IMG/VR virus record: IMGVR_UViG_3300047160_006212
DNA: 20,000 nt
Direction: 5' to 3' (one strand)
Source: an uncultured virus (IMG/VR IMGVR_UViG_3300047160_006212)
Taxonomy: Duplodnaviria > Heunggongvirae > Uroviricota > Caudoviricetes
In this document: piece by piece, positions 16,602 to 20,000 of the stretch
Layout: each line of letters begins with the position of its first letter
How positions within the stretch are numbered: the stretch's first letter is position 1
Position numbers and translations under genes: made by a program
The notes under the pieces: model-generated
The model's input: only the letters and a program-made list of their open reading frames with translations
Told to the model about the DNA's origin: nothing
Database searches by the model: none

Positions 16602-17055
16602 TTTGCCATTTCCTATATTGGAATTTTCCTTTGGTCTCGTACCACTTATCTCTTCTCTCATAAGCACAAATCTTACAGCGTTTTCGTTTAACGCTAACCA
16701 AATTTGGAGACTTCAATTCATGTCCATTGATACAATGGGTTATCGGTCTCCACGTTCTCGTAAGTCGGTCTTGCATATTGTCTTTTTGCGTTCCTGTTTC
16801 GAGGTGCGACGGGTTGATACATAGCTTGTTGTCGCACGAATGGCGGATGATAGCACCCTCCTCGATGGGACCAATAAAGACTTCATAAGCCCAACGGTGT
16901 ACTGTCTTCGTAACCGTTTTACCTTTTTTGCGTGCCGTAAAACTGCCATATCCACTATTCTTGATAAATCCTGTCCAATTCCAGCATCCAGAAACTGGAT
17001 CAAACTCGCACCGGTTTAGTAATTTCTGGTCCAATGGGATGTTATGTTTACCCAT
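16573..17055 (-). CDS. HNH homing endonuclease (HNH_3 type) with C-terminal Zn-binding module
   Basis: GCWNWTG...GYG...VHRWAY...IRHSCDNKLCINPSHLETGTQKDNMQD, then THCINGHE...RCKIC. Confidence 0.9.
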   Translation of the reverse strand: MGKHNIPLDQKLLNRCEFDPVSGCWNWTGFIKNSGYGSFTARKKGKTVTKTVHRWAYEVFIGPIEEGAIIRHSCDNKLCINPSHLETGTQKDNMQDRLTRTWRPITHCINGHELKSPNLVSVKRKRCKICAYERRDKWYETKGKFQYRKWQNADGSPKKA

Positions 17056-17113
17056 CCTGAATGTCCTTGGGGGTGGGGGTATACTAGCAAATTTTCAGCA
17101 AGCCCAAAATGGG

Positions 17114-17338
17114 TTATTCCAGAGTTTCCTTGGTTTCCAGAGCTACGTAGTGTAGAAAGTCAACCATTCTATCAAATAGTTCTTTTTTAAACTCTTCATC
17201 ATCAAAATTATCCCTGATGACAAATCCAGCTACAGCCATACATGCAGCAGCAACATCAAACGGCGGTTGACCATCCAGTTCTTTTGCGATTTTCAACGCC
17301 AGCACATTCATGTGCTTGTCGTATTCTTTGTCCTTCAT
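17114..17338 (-). CDS. Hypothetical protein, 74 aa
   Basis: ORF with AGGGGG SD, helical composition, fills the gap in the operon. Confidence 0.7.
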   Translation of the reverse strand: MKDKEYDKHMNVLALKIAKELDGQPPFDVAAACMAVAGFVIRDNFDDEEFKKELFDRMVDFLHYVALETKETLE

Positions 17339-17361
17339 GACTATCCCCCTTTTCCGGATAT

Positions 17362-17392
17362 GACAGACCCCGACGATGCATCGGGGTCTGTC
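17362..17392. terminator. Perfect 12-bp stem-loop (mRNA 3' stabiliser, processing site or terminator)
   Basis: GACAGACCCCGA-cgatgca-TCGGGGTCTGTC lies 10 nt past the stop of the Gly-rich gene. No U-tract follows on the minus strand. Confidence 0.6.
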
Positions 17393-17402
17393 TTACTACA
17401 TA

Positions 17403-17771
17403 TTAGGGGGTGTGATTTGTATATCCGCCCCCAACATTGACACCAGTGGCAGCACCGCCAGCGATAAACGATCCACCGCCACCAAGGATGCCACCCGCAA
17501 GTCCACCAGCACCGGCAAAGTTATTGGTCTGCCCAATACCTGCCGAGAGCCCGCCAACTGGCGTTGAAACCGCGACCCCGGCAGAGGTACCAGCGCTCAC
17601 ACCAGCCGCGCCGGCAACAGAACCACCGAGACCGTGGGACGTGGTGGCTGCGGCAGCGCCTGCGATGTTGGTGCCACCGGAGCCGGCAACCGCCAGCGTG
17701 GATGCCGCATGGCTCTGGGTCACAAACGCAACCGAGGCCAAGAGCGATGCAGTAATAAGAAGTTTCTTCAT
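17403..17771 (-). CDS. Secreted Gly/Ala-rich protein, 122 aa
   Basis: AGGAGA SD and Sec signal MKKLLITASLLASVAFVTQSHA. The mature part of about 100 aa has no D, E, K, R or C. Confidence 0.8.
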   Translation of the reverse strand: MKKLLITASLLASVAFVTQSHAASTLAVAGSGGTNIAGAAAATTSHGLGGSVAGAAGVSAGTSAGVAVSTPVGGLSAGIGQTNNFAGAGGLAGGILGGGGSFIAGGAATGVNVGGGYTNHTP

Positions 17772-17778
17772 GCGTATT

Positions 17779-17843
17779 TCTCCTAGAGAGCGGAGTGCTC
17801 CCATTGCCTTAAGGCGGGTAAGCTTTCGCTGCCCGCCGTAAGG
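17779..17843 (-). promoter_or_regulatory. Structured intergenic RNA leader: GAAA-tetraloop hairpin plus SD-proximal hairpin
   Basis: CCUUA-C-GGCGGG-C-AGC-GAAA-GCU-UA-CCCGCC-U-UAAGG (17843-17807), then GGGAGC-ACUCC-GCUCUC immediately before AGGAG. Confidence 0.6.
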
Positions 17844-17860
17844 TTTATGTGAAGTGAGAT

Positions 17861-18568
17861 TTAGCGGAGCCACCGCCTGCAGTGCTTGTGAGCGCTGTCA
17901 TAATCGTTGCAGATTTGCTCGGCATGCGTGCGCCCGTTGACCAACCATATCTGGCCCGGTTGCAGGTTCACGGTTTGCCCATAGGATGCAGGCTGGGCAT
18001 AGCCGTAAGCTGGCGTGTAGGCTGGGGCATACGCGGGTCGCGGAAGGTAGACACCGCACACGTCTGGCATCGCGCGCTGGATATCGGTAGCCAGACACAG
18101 GCGCGAGACCGCCGCTTTTCTGAGGCCGAAACTCCACAGAGTTCGCGCATCAAGACGTGCGGAACACTCTGCATCTGGCGTGGTGCCACCGAGAGAGATA
18201 CCAGTTCCGAGCCAGCTGGCGCCGCCTGACATTGACCCTAAGCATGTTTCGATGCCCGCCGCCGCCAGACCGGGCGCAAAAACAGTCGGCACCGTCGTCA
18301 CAGACGAATGTCCTTGCTGGGTTACGGTGGAATTTGTATTGGCCGGATTGGTCGTTCCGGCATTGATCGCGCCGGGATTAAGGATGACGGCCCCGACACC
18401 ATTGCCGCCAGTGGCATTGCCGCCGCCGATGGCCGTCGCGCCAGCAGATGACGATGAACTTGACTTGGCAATACCGGTTCCGATACCGACTGCCGTGTTG
18501 TCGCCAGCGAATGCCGGCGCGGTACCAAGCAGCAAGGCAACAGCTGTTGATGTAAGAAAGTGTTTCAT
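17861..18568 (-). CDS. Secreted protein, 235 aa, with Gly/Ser/Thr-rich N-region and six-Cys domain
   Basis: GAGGG SD, signal MKHFLTSTAVALLLGTAPAFA, core ETCLGSMSGGASWLGTGISLGGTTPDAECSARLDARTL...RLC...DVC, PAY repeats. Confidence 0.8.
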   Translation of the reverse strand: MKHFLTSTAVALLLGTAPAFAGDNTAVGIGTGIAKSSSSSSAGATAIGGGNATGGNGVGAVILNPGAINAGTTNPANTNSTVTQQGHSSVTTVPTVFAPGLAAAGIETCLGSMSGGASWLGTGISLGGTTPDAECSARLDARTLWSFGLRKAAVSRLCLATDIQRAMPDVCGVYLPRPAYAPAYTPAYGYAQPASYGQTVNLQPGQIWLVNGRTHAEQICNDYDSAHKHCRRWLR

Positions 18569-18706
18569 TGATGTTTCCCTCTTTGATGTGCCGACCTCGT
18601 TGGCCGGTCCCATCTACTTAGACCCACATTGGGACTGGGTCAAGGACAATTTGGGTTGATTTTGAAAATTTTTCATGTGATAGTTCTGTTAACCAAGGTG
18701 GTCAAA
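18569..18706. promoter_or_regulatory. Divergent control region with a sigma70-like rightward promoter and operator-like palindromes
   Basis: TTGATT (18656-18661)-17 nt-GATAGT (18679-18684) with an upstream TG. Palindromes at 18623-18633, 18645-18655, 18663-18675 and 18692-18702. Confidence 0.55.
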
Positions 18707-18901
18707 ATGCGGCTGCAGGACTGGATGGAAAAAACAAATACCGACATCGAAGCTACGGCAAAGATGTTCGGCGTATCCATCTATGCTGTCAAGAAGTGGC
18801 TTCGTGGAGATCGCATCCCACGCGATGCCATGAAAGCAAAGATCAGAAAGATCACCAAAGGTGCTATCAACGGCAACGACTGGATAGAAGAGGGACGCTA
18901 A
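18707..18901 (+). CDS. Cro-like HTH transcriptional regulator, 64 aa
   Basis: MRLQDWM...TAKMFGVSIYAVKKWLRGDRIPR...IRKITKGAINGNDW. First gene after the divergent region; AAGGTGG SD. Confidence 0.85.
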   Translation: MRLQDWMEKTNTDIEATAKMFGVSIYAVKKWLRGDRIPRDAMKAKIRKITKGAINGNDWIEEGR

Positions 18902-19104
18902 TGGCTTCAGGATTTCCTATTCAATGGACTGACGACATGGATGCCGAAATCCGCAAGGTCGGTAACGGTGCACTGTCATATACAGGCTTGGCAAGAAAGT
19001 GGGACCTCAATGTCAAAAGTGTTTCAGATCGCGCCATCGAGATTGGCCACACCATCACATATTGGACGCCGTATGAGATCAGCCACATATTGGACGCCGT
19101 ATGA
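18901..19104 (+). CDS. GcrA-type HTH-only protein, 67 aa (N-terminal part of the split locus)
   Basis: TAATG coupling to cro. QWTDDMDAEIRK...LSYTGLARKWDLNVKSVSDRAIEIG. Stops inside the second copy of a 28-nt duplication. Confidence 0.65.
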   Translation: MASGFPIQWTDDMDAEIRKVGNGALSYTGLARKWDLNVKSVSDRAIEIGHTITYWTPYEISHILDAV

Positions 19105-19111
19105 GATCAGC
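19056..19111 (+). repeat. Perfect tandem duplication, 2 x 28 nt (frameshifting)
   Basis: CACATATTGGACGCCGTATGAGATCAGC at 19056-19083 and 19084-19111. Confidence 0.97.
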
Positions 19112-19561
19112 GTCCTCAAGGCCAACTGGAACAATCTGACGCCCCGTGAAATCGCCCCCATGGTCAACAAGACCCGCAATGCCGTAATCGGCAAAGCCCA
19201 CCGATTGAAGCTGCTACACAAGGGACTGCAAAAGACTGAAGACGTTCCAGAAGCTGACATCATTTCATTGCCTATACCCGAAAAGAAAAAGCGCGTGCGC
19301 AAGTACAAACCAGTTCCGCCGCCCGAAAAGAAAAAGCGCGTGCGCAAGTACAAACCAGTTCCGCCGAAGCCGATTGTCGAGGCTACGCCTATCGACAATA
19401 GAATACCTATTGGCCTGATGGAGCTTAGGACCAATACCTGCAGAGCGCCGGTAGGCTATGACCGCAATGGACTTGCAACATATTGTGGATGCAAGACTTT
19501 TCCTGGCAAGCCATTTTGTCCAGAGCATTGCCAACTGTTCTATATTGAAAAGGTAGCCTAA
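19073..19561 (+). CDS. gcrA: GcrA-like cell-cycle regulator, 162 aa from ATG 19073
   Basis: YWTPYEISVLKANW...EIA...TRNAVIGKAHRLKL and C-terminal LMELRTNTCRAPVG...YCG...PFCPEHCQLFY are GcrA signatures. Confidence 0.85.
   Translation: MRSATYWTPYEISVLKANWNNLTPREIAPMVNKTRNAVIGKAHRLKLLHKGLQKTEDVPEADIISLPIPEKKKRVRKYKPVPPPEKKKRVRKYKPVPPKPIVEATPIDNRIPIGLMELRTNTCRAPVGYDRNGLATYCGCKTFPGKPFCPEHCQLFYIEKVA
19277..19366 (+). repeat. Perfect in-frame tandem duplication, 2 x 45 nt (PEKKKRVRKYKPVPP)
   Basis: CCCGAAAAGAAAAAGCGCGTGCGCAAGTACAAACCAGTTCCGCCG at 19277-19321 and 19322-19366. Confidence 0.97.
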
Positions 19562-19581
19562 TACTAAAGAGGGAATTTCAA

Positions 19582-19908
19582 ATGTCCAAGCTTTTGCTCT
19601 ACGCCATAGCCATTGGCTGTGTGACATCAGCGTCCTATATCGCCATTGAAGCTTACCAATCACCCAGAGCACCCATGGTTCTTCCTGCAAAGGCTGAAGA
19701 ACCGGCACCTGTCGCAGTCCCCATTCCTGCTGTGACATCCGAGCCTATCAAGAACGTTCCGAGCCCGATCGCTTCAACGGAGCCCTACGGACCACCAGCA
19801 CCAGCGGTGCCGCTGCCAAAGCCAAGGCCCACCAAGGCACCACATGCAAAGCCTGTAGCTAAAGCCAAACCCAAGCTATCGAACGACAGGTTCTTTCTGG
19901 ACCGGTAA
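19582..19908 (+). CDS. Membrane-anchored Pro/Ala-rich protein, 108 aa
   Basis: GAGGG SD, hydrophobic N-terminal helix, Pro-rich tail with VPLPKPRP. Confidence 0.75.
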   Translation: MSKLLLYAIAIGCVTSASYIAIEAYQSPRAPMVLPAKAEEPAPVAVPIPAVTSEPIKNVPSPIASTEPYGPPAPAVPLPKPRPTKAPHAKPVAKAKPKLSNDRFFLDR

Positions 19909-19916
19909 GTTCGTTT

Positions 19917-20000
19917 TCATAGCGTATGTGGAATCTGATGTAACAGCGGGACCAAAATATACAGGATCACCACAAGCGCCAGGATTGCTATCAAGAGCAC
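19917..20000 (-). CDS. C-terminal part of a small hydrophobic membrane protein (truncated by the window end)
   Basis: Minus strand from 20000 reads VLLIAILALVVILYILVPLLHQIPHTL-stop. Confidence 0.55.
   Translation of the reverse strand: MLLIAILALVVILYILVPLLHQIPHTL

Noticed and set aside
13041..17055. Group I introns or inteins hosting the HNH genes
   Set aside because: Flanking genes appear intact and there is no non-coding space for a ribozyme core.
17779..17860. tRNA or known riboswitch in the structured intergenic region
   Set aside because: No cloverleaf or T-loop, and no aptamer consensus that I can recognise.
19056..19366. CRISPR array or DGR template/variable repeats
   Set aside because: The repeats are directly adjacent with no spacers and no adenine-specific mismatches, and no cas or reverse transcriptase gene is in the window.

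Overview
This window is a 20-kb segment of a tailed phage, probably a podovirus of an alphaproteobacterial (Rhizobiales-like) host, inferred from GcrA and family resemblance. + strand 1-12490 is the late/virion operon: a 5'-truncated P22 gp10-like tail hub, three low-complexity internal virion/ejection-type proteins, a secreted Cys protein, a GNAT, tail fibre genes and an amidase-DPBB endolysin. - strand 12622-18568 is an early operon with four HNH endonucleases, a YqaJ exonuclease-ERF-SSB recombination module, and a hairpin-bracketed pair of secreted proteins at its promoter-proximal end. + strand 18707-19908 holds a Cro-like HTH gene, a GcrA-like locus split by a 28-nt tandem duplication, and a Pro-rich membrane protein. 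The most notable signals are: (1) about 14 x-x-x-G-G motifs (mostly [FYM]-x-x-GG) across the internal virion proteins plus a duplicated G[ES]Y[VI][VI]xxD domain, suggesting polyprotein processing; (2) a secreted Gly-rich protein and a Cys/beta-hairpin partner with structured RNA, sitting where a CI repressor would be expected; (3) the duplication-split GcrA; (4) a CCCA-N3-TGGG operator-like palindrome in three intergenic regions. All family calls come from motif recognition by eye; no searches were run.
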